A DNA stretch of 64,000 bases from Trueperaceae bacterium (GTDB lineage Bacteria; Deinococcota; Deinococci; Deinococcales; Trueperaceae), in contig OZ243913.1 of the NCBI GenBank assembly GCA_965213705.1, forward strand, positions 3,488,001 through 3,552,000, read 5' to 3'. The position numbers and the translations under genes are program-made. The notes below the pieces were generated by a model, which ran no database searches, was not told where the DNA came from, and saw nothing but the letters and a program-made list of their open reading frames with translations. Within the stretch, counting starts at the first letter, position 1. Each line of letters begins with the position of its first letter. Positions 50,073 through 60,314 of this stretch are shown in pieces.

Positions 50073-50996
50073 ATGGCAACCGAAACGCTTCGGCGCACCT
50101 CTGCACCGACCAAACGCAAGCGCCGCCTGCAACAAAAAGACTGGGCACCTTACGCTTTTTTAGCTCCGCTTATTTTTTTCTTCGTCGTCTTTTTCGCCCT
50201 GCCCGTCGGTTTCGCCCTGTACCTCACCTTTACCCGCTGGAACCCGCTCTCGACGCCGAAGTTCGTCGGGCTCAAAAACTACACCTACCTGCTCACCCAA
50301 GACCCGACCTTTTACCTCACGCTTAAAAACACCTTTGTGTTCGCCTTCGGCACGGTCGCCATTGGAGTGCCTTTGGCGCTGGTGGTGGCGTTCGTGTTCA
50401 CGCTCAGCAAGGGCAAGACTTTCTGGCGCTCGGTCTACTGGCTGCCGATGGTTACAAACGTGGTGGCGGTCGCTTATATCTGGCAGTACATCTTGGACGG
50501 CACCTACGGCCTGGTCAATCGCCTGTTGGCTTTTGTCGGCATTGGCGGGCCACAGTGGTTGACCGACCCCGGCAGCGCCATGACGGCCGTCATCATCGTG
50601 GCGATTTGGACCGGGTTGGGCCAAAACATGCTGCTCTTTTCGGCGGGTCTGGAAGGCATCGACGAGAGTTACTACGAAGCCGCGCGCATCGACGGGGCGA
50701 ACACCGCGCAGATTTTTTGGGGCGTCACCCTGCCGCTGCTGCGCCCGACGCTGCTGTTCGTCACCATCACCAGTTTTATCGCCGGGATGGGCTCGTTTAC
50801 CCTCATCCTCGTTTTAACCGGGGGCGGGCCGGTGCAAAGTACCAACGTGACGGCGCTCTACATGTACCAAATGGCGTTTCAGGACCTGCGGATGGGCCGG
50901 GCCTCGGCGCTGGCCTTTATCCTGTTCGTGCTTATCTTCATCGTCACGCTTCTGCAACTGCGCATTTTCCGGCGCGGCGGCGTCGAGGCTTACTAG
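50073..50996 (+). CDS. Carbohydrate ABC permease 1
   Basis: FVGLKNY and EAA loop YYEAARIDGA. Confidence 0.93.
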   Translation: MATETLRRTSAPTKRKRRLQQKDWAPYAFLAPLIFFFVVFFALPVGFALYLTFTRWNPLSTPKFVGLKNYTYLLTQDPTFYLTLKNTFVFAFGTVAIGVPLALVVAFVFTLSKGKTFWRSVYWLPMVTNVVAVAYIWQYILDGTYGLVNRLLAFVGIGGPQWLTDPGSAMTAVIIVAIWTGLGQNMLLFSAGLEGIDESYYEAARIDGANTAQIFWGVTLPLLRPTLLFVTITSFIAGMGSFTLILVLTGGGPVQSTNVTALYMYQMAFQDLRMGRASALAFILFVLIFIVTLLQLRIFRRGGVEAY

Positions 50997-51022
50997 GTGG
51001 CTGTCACGGGAGGGAGGCCGTC

Positions 51023-51916
51023 GTGGGTGTAACGAAACGCAGCAGGCTCTCGGTCGTTTTGAGTGTCGTGAAGTACGGGGTGCTCATCGCCGGGGCGGTC
51101 GTCATGATTTTGCCTTTTTTCGACATGTTTATCGGCGCGCTGCGCACGCCCGCCGAGCGCCTGGCCCGGCCGCCCGTGTACTGGCCGCACACCCCGCAGT
51201 GGAGCAACTACCGCCGCGCCCTGACCGAGTTGCCGATGTTGCGCTGGTACTTGAACAGCATCTTCGTCACCTGCGTTATCACCTTCATCCAGCTCCTGAC
51301 GAGTTCGATGGCGGGTTTCGCCCTCGCCAAGTACGAGTTCAGGGGCAAGAAATTCCTCTTCAACAGCGTCTTGGCGGCGCAGATGTTTCCCTTTTTCCTG
51401 TTTCTGATTCCGCTCTTTTTCCTGATGCGGTTTTGGCCGCTGGCGGGCGGCAATGGTTTGACCGGGCTGGGCGGGACGGGTTTTTTAGGCACCTACACGG
51501 CCCTCGTACTACCCTTTATGATTACCTGGTACGGCGTTTTTCTGATGCGGCAGTTTATGATGTCGATTCCCACCGCGCTGATGGAGTCGGCGCGCATCGA
51601 CGGGGCTTCGGAGTTGCGCATCTACACACACATCGTGTTGCCCTTAATCAAACCCGCGCTGGCAACGCTCGGCATCTTCGTTTTTATCTACCACTGGAAC
51701 GAGTTTATCTGGACCATGACGATTACCCGCACCGCGCCCGACCTGCAAACGCTGCCGGTCGGTATTTACCTGCTCAGGAGCGCGTTTCAGAACGTCCAGA
51801 ACGAGTCGTTGCAGCAGGCCGCCCTAGCTATCAGCGTCGTGCCGCTCATCGTGCTGTTTTTGTCGCTGCAGCGTTTTTACGTGAAAGGCTTGGCGACTTC
51901 GGGAATAAAGGGGTAG
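51023..51916 (+). CDS. Carbohydrate ABC permease 2
   Basis: GGAGG RBS plus GTG 51023; ESARIDGAS and HWNEF motifs. Confidence 0.92.
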   Translation: MGVTKRSRLSVVLSVVKYGVLIAGAVVMILPFFDMFIGALRTPAERLARPPVYWPHTPQWSNYRRALTELPMLRWYLNSIFVTCVITFIQLLTSSMAGFALAKYEFRGKKFLFNSVLAAQMFPFFLFLIPLFFLMRFWPLAGGNGLTGLGGTGFLGTYTALVLPFMITWYGVFLMRQFMMSIPTALMESARIDGASELRIYTHIVLPLIKPALATLGIFVFIYHWNEFIWTMTITRTAPDLQTLPVGIYLLRSAFQNVQNESLQQAALAISVVPLIVLFLSLQRFYVKGLATSGIKG

Positions 51917-52102
51917 TTGTCAGAGGGCTGGTGCGGAGGGCTCGAGTCCCGTCCACACCCGTTTCTCGAGCCGGTACGGGCAACCTTGTTGCGGTTCTCT
52001 TATAACAGCGAAGTCGGAACGTTAAATTTTGAGACGCAGGAATTCTGTAATTCGTAGGACTCGAGGGAGCCGAGCAGCGTTTCTCGGCTCCCTTTTCCAC
52101 CC

Positions 52103-53098
52103 TCACCCAACGTAACTCAGCCAGTGCTCGAACTCCGGCACCTTGCCGGTTACGACGTTCAGGTAAGTCTCGCGCATGGCAAGCGCGTACGGCCCCGCGA
52201 CGCCGCTGCCGATGGGGCGGCGGTCGATAGAGGCAATCGGCGTGACCTCGGCGGCGGTGCCGACCATGAACACCTCGTCGGCGATGTAGAGTTCGTCGCG
52301 CGTCGCCATCGTCGGCTTGACATCGGTGCCCTGCCACTCGGCGATTTTGACAACGGTGTCGCGGGTGATGCCGCGCAGGTTGACCGAGTGGGCGATAGGG
52401 TACAGGGTGTCGCCTTTTAAGAAAAAGATGTTTTCGCCCGAGCCCTCGGCGACAAACCCTTCTTTGTCGAGGAGCAGCGCCTCGTCGAAGCCGTTGTCGC
52501 GCGCCTCGCTGTTGGCGAGGACCGAGTTGACGTAGTTGCCGCCCGCCTTGGCCTTGGTCGGCATGATGTCGCCCGAACTGCGCCGCCACGAACTCGTCAT
52601 GAGTTTGGCCCCCTGCCGCACCGCCTCCTCGCCCAGGTACACGCCCCAGGGCAGCGTCGCCACCATAAAGTGAACCCGGTTGCGTGCCGGACTCACGCCC
52701 AAGGACTCGGCCCCGTACCACAGGAGGGGCCGGATATAGCAAGACTTGCGCTCGTTTTTGCGCACGGTTTCCAGAATTGCCTCGTTGATGTCTTCTACCG
52801 AGAGCGACACGGGCATCCCGATAATTTTGGCCGAGTCGAGCAGGCGCTGGCTGTGTTCTTGTAAACGGAACACCGCCGCGCCCTGGTCCGTTTCGTAGGC
52901 GCGAACGCCCTCGAACACGCTCGTTCCGTAATGCAGTGCGTGAGTCAGGACCGACACGTTCGCTTCGGCTTGCGGCACCAAGTGACCGTCAAGGTAGATA
53001 AGCCCGGCTTCGACTGCCGAGGTGCTGGACGCCGCTTCACCGGACGCTGAAGGGTTAGACGCTGAAGGGCTGGACGGGTTTTCGGTTTGTGTCGCCAT
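52103..53098 (-). CDS. ilvE: Branched-chain amino acid aminotransferase
   Basis: HALHYGTSVFEG, KAGGNY, EGSGEN and GTAAEVTP motifs. Confidence 0.96.
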   Translation of the reverse strand: MATQTENPSSPSASNPSASGEAASSTSAVEAGLIYLDGHLVPQAEANVSVLTHALHYGTSVFEGVRAYETDQGAAVFRLQEHSQRLLDSAKIIGMPVSLSVEDINEAILETVRKNERKSCYIRPLLWYGAESLGVSPARNRVHFMVATLPWGVYLGEEAVRQGAKLMTSSWRRSSGDIMPTKAKAGGNYVNSVLANSEARDNGFDEALLLDKEGFVAEGSGENIFFLKGDTLYPIAHSVNLRGITRDTVVKIAEWQGTDVKPTMATRDELYIADEVFMVGTAAEVTPIASIDRRPIGSGVAGPYALAMRETYLNVVTGKVPEFEHWLSYVG

Positions 53099-53339
53099 AG
53101 TCGGCCTCCTGTTAAACTTAGTTTACCTGTTCGCCTAGTTTACGACCTCAGGGGGGTGAAGAGGCTACAAAGCAAAGGAGAGGTTGTGTAAGAAAAAGGC
53201 GGGTGACAAAGACAATACAAAAGGTAATACAAGCGGTAATAAACGGACTGACAGCCTCTCTTAAGGTTAACGGCGCGTGAAAACTCAGTGAATTTCACTC
53301 ACGAGTGCCTGTGATAAGCTACGGCGTTTGGAGAAACCC

Positions 53340-53933
53340 ATGAAACGACTTTTACTAATCTCGCTTTTTCTATTAAGTTTCGCTTTCGCACAACAAAATG
53401 CGACGGTAAGTGGCATCATTAAAACCGCAGAGGAGATGCCTGAGGGAACGCGCGTGGCAATCCACGTCGTTGATCGTGACAACGTCTGGCAGCGGGAAGT
53501 GGCGAGCGTGGCTCCGGCGGGCGGCACGTTCAGCATCACGACCACACCGGTACCCGAGGACGAACTGCAACCCTTTCGCAACGGCGCAGTTCTTTTGTCG
53601 GGATTGCAAAATGAGTATACTGTCACCCCAGACGACGCCAACTACATACAAGGACGCATCAACATGTATGTGGACACCAACACCAATGATGTGTTCGACC
53701 GCATCGCCGACGGATTTTACATGGGTTTAGCCAGTCTCGAGAATCCTGAAGGTGTCGGCTTTTTTTCTCTTATATATGTCGACAAAGACGTTACGTTGTC
53801 GGGTGCTGGTCGAGAACTCGACCTCAAAGCCGGTTGGAATATTTTCACCTTCCGTCTTCCTGAGGGCGGCGAGGAAACCTACGCGGTCTCACAGTCCATC
53901 GACGACGTTGTACTCGATGTGTTTTTACCCTAA
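53340..53933 (+). CDS. Secreted hypothetical protein
   Basis: Signal peptide MKRLLLISLFLLSFAFAQ; LDLKAGWN near the C-terminus. Confidence 0.75.
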   Translation: MKRLLLISLFLLSFAFAQQNATVSGIIKTAEEMPEGTRVAIHVVDRDNVWQREVASVAPAGGTFSITTTPVPEDELQPFRNGAVLLSGLQNEYTVTPDDANYIQGRINMYVDTNTNDVFDRIADGFYMGLASLENPEGVGFFSLIYVDKDVTLSGAGRELDLKAGWNIFTFRLPEGGEETYAVSQSIDDVVLDVFLP

Positions 53934-53990
53934 TTCCTCAAACGTTTATCCAAGTCGTGAATTGGGTACCGAACGAGGGATCGTGATGTT

Positions 53991-54464
53991 ATGAAAACCG
54001 TAAGTGGTTCTTTGAGCGCGAGCGGCCTCCGTTTCGGCCTCGTGGTGAGCCGTTTCAACGACCTTGTCACGCAGCGGTTGCTGCGGGGTGCTTTGGATAC
54101 CCTCGAGCGCCACGGCGCGGACCCTGAAACGAGTGAGGTCGTGTGGGTGCCGGGGGCGGTCGAGTTGTCCCTGGTTGCCAAAACGCTCGCCGCCTCCGGA
54201 CGTTTCGACGCGGTCATCACGCTCGGCTGCGTGATTCGCGGGGCGACGAGCCACTACGATTACGTCTGCAGCATGGTGGCGAGTGGGATAAACAGCGCGA
54301 GCCTGGAGACCGGCGTGCCGGTTATTTTTGGCGTGCTGACGACCGAAAACCTGGAGCAAGCCCTCGAGCGCGCAGGCAGCAAAGCAGGCAACAAAGGGTC
54401 GGAAGCGGCGGCCGCCGCCGTCGAAATGGCAAACCTGACGAAGATGTTGAACGAACCTCTGTAA
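53991..54464 (+). CDS. ribH: 6,7-dimethyl-8-ribityllumazine synthase
   Basis: [24 protein letters not shown] and GNKGSEAA motifs. Confidence 0.97.
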   Translation: MKTVSGSLSASGLRFGLVVSRFNDLVTQRLLRGALDTLERHGADPETSEVVWVPGAVELSLVAKTLAASGRFDAVITLGCVIRGATSHYDYVCSMVASGINSASLETGVPVIFGVLTTENLEQALERAGSKAGNKGSEAAAAAVEMANLTKMLNEPL

Positions 54465-54605
54465 AAAATCTGCGGTTTGGCCCGCCGAGGGCGGGTAAGC
54501 TTGCAAAGCTGACGTCTGTTTTTGGGCTGACATACACGTGCTAAATTCTGCTGCGCTGTGCGTTCCGCTAGGGCGGGCGGCAGCGGGGGCGGTTCGGGAG
54601 TATTT

Positions 54606-56288
54606 ATGCGAGTTGCAAGTGTTTTGTGCCTTCTTTTTTTGATGACCGGCTGTAGCGGCGCGCGGACCGTCGGCACCGAGAACACGCCGCCGACGGTCCG
54701 TGTTCTCGAGCCCGCCGACGGCAGTGTGGCGACAGTGGGCGAACGGGTCGCCGTCGTGGCTCAAGCCGACGACGCGGGCGGCGGCGTCGCGAGCGTCGCG
54801 TTTTACGTGAACCGGACAGAAGTCGGTGTCAGGGAGAGCGCGCCCTACGAGTATACGTTTCAAGCCGGGGCGAGCGGTCCCCACACCCTCAGCGTTCGGG
54901 CCTACGACGACAAAGGCGCAAGCGCCGAAGAGTCGGTTACCGTTTTTGTCGAGGACGTTCGCACCCCGTCACCCCCACCCCCGCCCCCGCCGTCGCCCCC
55001 GCCCGGCACGTTTACGGTGACGGCCGCGGTGACGGGAAACGGAACCGTCTCGAGCGCGCCCGCCGGAATAGAGTGTCCCGGCAGGTGCGCCTACAGCTTT
55101 GTCGCGGGAACGGCGGTCGAACTCAGGGCTGAACCCGCTGCGGGCAGCGACTTTTCAGGCTGGGCGGGCGACTGCTCGGGGACGAGCTGTACCGTGAACA
55201 AAGTGGCGAGCGTTACGGCCGCATTTCAGCGCAAAGCCGCCGCCGCTTTTACAATCGTCGCCCTGCCCGACACCCAAAACTACGTTTGTTATGGTGACGA
55301 CGGCGACGGCTGCGGCAAACAGTCCACACGGTTTTCGCAGCTGTTCGAAGCGCAAACCCAGTGGATTGCCGACCAAGTCGAGACTGCCAACATCGCTTTT
55401 GTTACCCACGAAGGCGACATGGTCGACAACGCCCTGCGAGAGGCTGAATGGTTGGACGGCGACCGGGCGATGGACAAGCTGGACGGCAAGGTACCCTATT
55501 CGGTCGCCACCGGCGACCACGACTACGGCCCCGAGGAGTACCGTGACGGCGACACGACGTTTTACCGCCGCTACTTCGGCGCTGAGCGCTATCAGGACTA
55601 CGCCTGGTACGGCGGCGCGTCGCCCAGCGGTCTCAGCCACTACCAGCTGTTTACGGCGGGCGGGCGCGAGTTTTTGCACGTCGCTTTGGAGTGGGAAGCG
55701 CCCACAAGCGCCAAAACCTGGGCCAAGACGGTGTTAGCAACTCACCCCACCACACCCACCATCATCACCACCCACGCTTACCTGCGCGACGGCGACGCGT
55801 CGGGCCGTTCGACGTTTACCCAAGCTTGCTTTCAACCCGGCAACCCGGCCGGAACCAAAAAATGCCCCGGTGGCAAAGAAGGCACCAAGGATTCGGACGC
55901 CTCGAGCGGTCAGGACATCTTTGACGACCTCGTTTATCCGTACCCGCAAGTATTCATGGTCTTGAACGGCCACTTCCACTACAACGGTCGGCGCGAGTCG
56001 TCTTGCACGGGTGGGTATCTCGAGTGCGACAACGGCGAGTACCGGCAGGTGTCGCTCAACAGCGCCGGGACCCAAGTTTACGAAATGCTCGCCAACTACC
56101 AGGACTACGACCGCGGCGGCGACGGCTGGTTGCGGCTCATTCGTTTTGTACCCGGTGGCGGCGAGAACGGCCTCGACCGCATTGAGGTCAAAACCTACTC
56201 GCCGGTGTTGGACAGCTACCAGAGCGGCGACGCGAGCGACTTTTTCTACGACCTCAGCTTTGCAGAGCGGTTCAGGCTCGAGCCCTGA
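54606..56288 (+). CDS. Lipoprotein with Ig-like domain, Pro linker, B-repeat-like domain and calcineurin-like metallophosphoesterase
   Basis: Lipobox MTGC; PDTQNY, HEGDMVD, GDHDY, THAYL and NGHFH motifs. Confidence 0.85.
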   Translation: MRVASVLCLLFLMTGCSGARTVGTENTPPTVRVLEPADGSVATVGERVAVVAQADDAGGGVASVAFYVNRTEVGVRESAPYEYTFQAGASGPHTLSVRAYDDKGASAEESVTVFVEDVRTPSPPPPPPPSPPPGTFTVTAAVTGNGTVSSAPAGIECPGRCAYSFVAGTAVELRAEPAAGSDFSGWAGDCSGTSCTVNKVASVTAAFQRKAAAAFTIVALPDTQNYVCYGDDGDGCGKQSTRFSQLFEAQTQWIADQVETANIAFVTHEGDMVDNALREAEWLDGDRAMDKLDGKVPYSVATGDHDYGPEEYRDGDTTFYRRYFGAERYQDYAWYGGASPSGLSHYQLFTAGGREFLHVALEWEAPTSAKTWAKTVLATHPTTPTIITTHAYLRDGDASGRSTFTQACFQPGNPAGTKKCPGGKEGTKDSDASSGQDIFDDLVYPYPQVFMVLNGHFHYNGRRESSCTGGYLECDNGEYRQVSLNSAGTQVYEMLANYQDYDRGGDGWLRLIRFVPGGGENGLDRIEVKTYSPVLDSYQSGDASDFFYDLSFAERFRLEP

Positions 56289-56455
56289 GCTTTTTAAAAA
56301 ACGGTTTTTCGTTCGGCTCGGCTCACTTTTTGTAAAAATGCAGCGTGACGAAGTGCACGTCCTCGCTTTGTCATCCGTGCCAACGTGAGAGGTGCCCGAG
56401 CAGGGCTAAGATAGCGAGCGTCGACCAGACCCTGGACTCGAGGAAGGGACCGACC

Positions 56456-57676
56456 TTGCCCGGTTGGAAAAAAACGCTCTACGTGATGGTCACCGCGCAA
56501 CTGCTCTCGGCGGTCGGCTTTTCGATGATTTTCCCGTTTTTGCCGAAGTATGTAGAGAGTTTGGGCTCGAGCTTCGGGCTGAGCCTCGTCTTTTTGGCCG
56601 GGGCGGTGTTTAGCGCGCAGGCCATCACGATGGCTATTGCCTCGCCGATTTGGGGCGCGCTCGCCGACCGCTGGGGCAAAAAGATGATGGTTCAACGGGC
56701 CATGTTCGGCGGCTCGGTGATTATCTTGTTGATGGCCTTTTCGACCTCGGCGGAGATGTTGGTGGGGTTACGGGCGGTTCAGGGCCTGATTACGGGCACC
56801 GTCGCCGCGGCGAACGCGCTCGTCGCCGCCACCGCGCCGCGCGAACGGGCGGGTTACGCAATGGGCGCGCTGCAGGTCGGCTTGTGGAGCGGCGTAGCGG
56901 TGGGGCCGCTGCTGGGCGGGTTTTTGGCGGACGCGTTCGGTTACCGGATGGCCTTTTATTTTACCGCCGCGCTGCTCTTCGCGGGCGGCCTGCTCGTGCA
57001 GTGGGGCGTGGACGAGAGCGGGGCGCGCGAACGGCCCGGCGCCGAGCAACCGGGCATGGTCGCCGAGTGGCGGCACGTGCTCGCGACGCCGGGCGTCGGG
57101 CTCGTCTTCTTTTTTCGGTTTATGGCTTGGTTGGGGCGGAACGTGCTCGTGCCCTACCTGCCGCTCTTTATCGCCACGCTGCTCGTCAGTGAAGCTCGCG
57201 TGAACACCCTGACCGGCCTCACCATCGCCGTCGCTTCGGGGGCGGGTACGCTGAGCGCGCTTTTGCTCGGCCCCCTAGGCGACCGCGTGGGACACAAACG
57301 TGTGCTGCTCGTTTGCGGCGTCGCCGCGACGCTCTTTTACATCCCGCAATTCTGGGTGACACACATCTGGCAACTGCTCACTCTCCAGGCCCTGACCGGC
57401 GCGGCGGCGGGCGGCATTATGCCGGTGCTGAGCGCGCTTTTAAACCACTTCACTGAACCCGGCGAAGAGGGCGCGGCTTTCGGCTTCGATAACTCGGTCG
57501 TGTCCCTGTCGCGCGCCCTCGCGCCGATGCTCGGCGCGGTCATCGTGCTGTGGGGCGGCTACCGGACGCTTTTTTTGGTGGCGTCGGTCTTGTTCGGCGT
57601 GACCGTACTCCTCGCCTACTGGAAACTGCCCGAGCCGCAGGTTGCGCTCACCGCCGAGCCTGCACTGGGGGATTAG
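56456..57676 (+). CDS. MFS transporter (DHA1/MdtG-like)
   Basis: PIWGALADRWGKKMM, LRAVQGL and GPLLGG motifs; 12 TM; start uncertain. Confidence 0.92.
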   Translation: MPGWKKTLYVMVTAQLLSAVGFSMIFPFLPKYVESLGSSFGLSLVFLAGAVFSAQAITMAIASPIWGALADRWGKKMMVQRAMFGGSVIILLMAFSTSAEMLVGLRAVQGLITGTVAAANALVAATAPRERAGYAMGALQVGLWSGVAVGPLLGGFLADAFGYRMAFYFTAALLFAGGLLVQWGVDESGARERPGAEQPGMVAEWRHVLATPGVGLVFFFRFMAWLGRNVLVPYLPLFIATLLVSEARVNTLTGLTIAVASGAGTLSALLLGPLGDRVGHKRVLLVCGVAATLFYIPQFWVTHIWQLLTLQALTGAAAGGIMPVLSALLNHFTEPGEEGAAFGFDNSVVSLSRALAPMLGAVIVLWGGYRTLFLVASVLFGVTVLLAYWKLPEPQVALTAEPALGD

Positions 57677-57685
57677 CACCGGGGG

Positions 57686-58129
57686 CTAGGGCGCGTTCAT
57701 CTCACGCCGGCGCATCGGCATGGCGTTGATTTGGTCGAAGAGGTCTTGGGCGCCCACCACCGCCTCGGCGCGCCGCTTCACCGTGCCGTCTTTGCCGATG
57801 AGGATGAGGGTGAAGGCGTTCGGGTCGATGTCAAACCGGTCGCGCAGACCGGTGACTTCTTCTTGCGTCAGGCTCTCCTCGCCCACGTGGCTCGAGCCCG
57901 CACCGAACAGGTGAAAAACGAGGAGGTCGCGGTCATTCAAACCGGCTCTTGCCCCCTCCAAGGCTGCTACTTGTTCCTGGTAACGCGCGTCTTCGGCGGA
58001 GGGCGCGAACAGCAGGATGAGCCGGTTTTGCCACTGATACTGCGCCAGGTCAAACGGGGCCAAGTTGGATGATTGCGCCATGATAGCTCCTAGAAAAATA
58101 AGACTGAGAAGAAGGGTTGCTTTGCTCAC
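57686..58129 (-). CDS. DUF4174 family secreted protein
   Basis: YQWQNRLILLF, LIGKDGTVK and INAMPMRRREM motifs. Confidence 0.85.
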   Translation of the reverse strand: MSKATLLLSLIFLGAIMAQSSNLAPFDLAQYQWQNRLILLFAPSAEDARYQEQVAALEGARAGLNDRDLLVFHLFGAGSSHVGEESLTQEEVTGLRDRFDIDPNAFTLILIGKDGTVKRRAEAVVGAQDLFDQINAMPMRRREMNAP

Positions 58130-58269
58130 GACTCACTGTAGGAGTGGAGGCTCGGAGAAACAGCAGCGCACCCCGTAAACTTTTGCTCGAGGCCCGTCCA
58201 GCCGCAACTTTCCCGCCGGAACCGTTTTGGCTACGGTCTTTTTCGAGGAGCCGACGTAGGCTTGACGAC

Positions 58270-58893
58270 ATGGAAATTTCCGCAGACACCCTTAGTTCGT
58301 CGCAAATTTACAAGCTCATGACCGGCAGCGTCGTCCCGCGCCCGATTGCCTGGGTTTCGACGCTGTCTCAGGACGGCAGCGCGAACCTCGCACCGTTTTC
58401 GTACTTCAACGCGGTCAGCGCCGACCCGCCGGTCGTCATGTTCAGCGCCGGGCTGCACACGGCCGACCGCCCTAAAGACACGCTCCGCAACGTGCAGGAA
58501 ACGGGCGAGTTCGTCGTCAACATCGTCACCGAAGAGGTGGTCGAGGCGATGAACGCCACGGCCGTCGCCGCGCCCTACGGCGTGGACGAGTTCGAGTTTG
58601 CGAACGTTACCCCTGCGCCCTCGAGCCGGGTCAGCGCGCCACGGGTGCTCGAGAGCCCCGTCAACTTCGAGTGCAAGGTTTTGGACATCTACCGCGTCGG
58701 CGGCGAGGCGGCTACCAACAGCGTCGTGTTCGGCCGAATCGTCCACGTCCACGTCAACGACGAACTGTTGGAGGACTACAAAGTCGACCCCGTCAAACTG
58801 CGGCCCGTCGGGCGTTTGGCGGGCACCACCTACAGCCGCGTGCGCGACCTGTTCGACCTGACGCGGCCGGTGTTTGAGGAGACGCCTTCGTAG
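58270..58893 (+). CDS. Flavin reductase family protein
   Basis: VVPRPIAWVST, NLAPFSYFN and KDTLRN..ETGEFVVN motifs. Confidence 0.92.
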   Translation: MEISADTLSSSQIYKLMTGSVVPRPIAWVSTLSQDGSANLAPFSYFNAVSADPPVVMFSAGLHTADRPKDTLRNVQETGEFVVNIVTEEVVEAMNATAVAAPYGVDEFEFANVTPAPSSRVSAPRVLESPVNFECKVLDIYRVGGEAATNSVVFGRIVHVHVNDELLEDYKVDPVKLRPVGRLAGTTYSRVRDLFDLTRPVFEETPS

Positions 58894-58907
58894 CTGCTAA
58901 ACTGAGG

Positions 58908-59483
58908 TTGGAGACCCCTATGATTGAAGAACTCGAGCAACGCTCCGAGACTCGGCGGCACAAGTTCAGCGTCGCGGACTACTTCACCTTGTCCGAACTC
59001 GGGCTCTTGGGCGAGGCGACCGAGCTTCTCGAGGGAGACATCTACGAAATGACCGCGCATTCACCCCGTCACCGAGCTTTTGTCGACATCGTCGCAGATA
59101 ACTTTAAGACAACTTTCAGAGGACGAGCGACCGTCTTTGCACAAAGCACCCTCGCTTTTGAGGGTTGGAGCCCCGAACCCGATGTAATGCTCCTCAAACA
59201 CGACCCCAAACGCTACCGCGACCGGCAGCCCACGACCGACGAAACCCTGCTCATCGTCGAGGTGTCCGACACGACGCTTGCCAAGGACAAGGGCATCAAG
59301 CTTAGGAGTTACGCTCGGCAGGGCGTTCGGGACTACTGGATTGTCAACCTCGTCGAAAACCTCACCGAGGTCTACCGCAAACCGCTGGGCGAAGAATACG
59401 GCGAGAAGAGGACCTACGGCTTCGGCGACCCCGTCGCGCCGCTGGCCTTTCCAGACGACGAACGGGTGTGGCTCGAGGATTAA
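58908..59483 (+). CDS. Uma2 family (PD-(D/E)XK) endonuclease-like protein
   Basis: ELLEGDIYEM, PEPDV, LIVEVSDTTL..D and YARQGVRDYWIVNL motifs. Confidence 0.9.
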   Translation: METPMIEELEQRSETRRHKFSVADYFTLSELGLLGEATELLEGDIYEMTAHSPRHRAFVDIVADNFKTTFRGRATVFAQSTLAFEGWSPEPDVMLLKHDPKRYRDRQPTTDETLLIVEVSDTTLAKDKGIKLRSYARQGVRDYWIVNLVENLTEVYRKPLGEEYGEKRTYGFGDPVAPLAFPDDERVWLED

Positions 59484-59668
59484 GGCTCGAGCCCAACTAC
59501 CCCTGCACCGAATCGTCACGTCGGAACGGGGCGGTTCCACCTTTAGGCGGACGCGCGCCCGCGCGCGCGGCCCTACAGTAGAATCTAATGTATGGCAATC
59601 TTAAAAAGAATTCACAGACAGGCGCGGGGCTCGAGACGGCACCTGCTCCAAACGGCGAGGACGACGTT

Positions 59669-60313
59669 GTGACCCCATCCGAAACGATTCGCCTGCTTCT
59701 CGTCGACGACCACGTGGTGGTGCGGCAAGGTCTCAACATGGTGTTGTCGTTGGAGCCCGACCTGGAAGTCGTGGGCGAGGCGGGCAACGGCCGTGAGGCT
59801 CTGGAGCAGGTCGCCAAGCTGACACCCCAAGTCGTGCTGATGGACCTGCTCATGCCCGTCATGGACGGGGTCAGCGCCATACGCGCCATCAAAAAAGACC
59901 ATCCCGACACCGAAGTGGTGGCCCTGACGAGCGTCCTTGAAGACCGGCTCGTCGTCGACGCGGTCGAGGCGGGCGCGGCCGGGTACCTTCTCAAAGAGAG
60001 CGGACCCGGCGAACTCGTCGAGGCGATTCGTGCGGCGGCCAAGGGCGAGGTGCGGCTGCACCCCAAGGCGCAAAAACGCCTCGTCAAAGAGGTGCGCACG
60101 CCGGAAATGCGCGAGTCTTTAACCGAGCGCGAGACCGAGACATTGCGCCTCGTCGCCAAGGGCCACGCCAACAAGGACGTCGCCGAAATCATGGGCGTGT
60201 CCGAAGTGACGGTGAAGACGCACGTCTCGAGCATCCTGTCCAAACTCAACCTGAGCAGCCGGACCCAGGCGGCGCTGTTCGCCCTGAAAGAGGGGATAGT
60301 AGGGCTCGACTAG
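59669..60313 (+). CDS. NarL/LuxR family response regulator
   Basis: LLVDDH, LMDLLMP, GYLLK and LuxR HTH VKTHVSSILSKL. Confidence 0.96.
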   Translation: MTPSETIRLLLVDDHVVVRQGLNMVLSLEPDLEVVGEAGNGREALEQVAKLTPQVVLMDLLMPVMDGVSAIRAIKKDHPDTEVVALTSVLEDRLVVDAVEAGAAGYLLKESGPGELVEAIRAAAKGEVRLHPKAQKRLVKEVRTPEMRESLTERETETLRLVAKGHANKDVAEIMGVSEVTVKTHVSSILSKLNLSSRTQAALFALKEGIVGLD

Positions 60314-60314
60314 G

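Noticed and set aside
42792..54464. Orphan gatC and ribH as anomalies
   Set aside because: Dispersed gat and rib genes are common; partners probably lie elsewhere; no FMN riboswitch visible before ribH
58908..59483. Uma2 nuclease as a defence system
   Set aside because: Solitary Uma2 paralogs are abundant in this group; no methyltransferase or other defence partner adjacent
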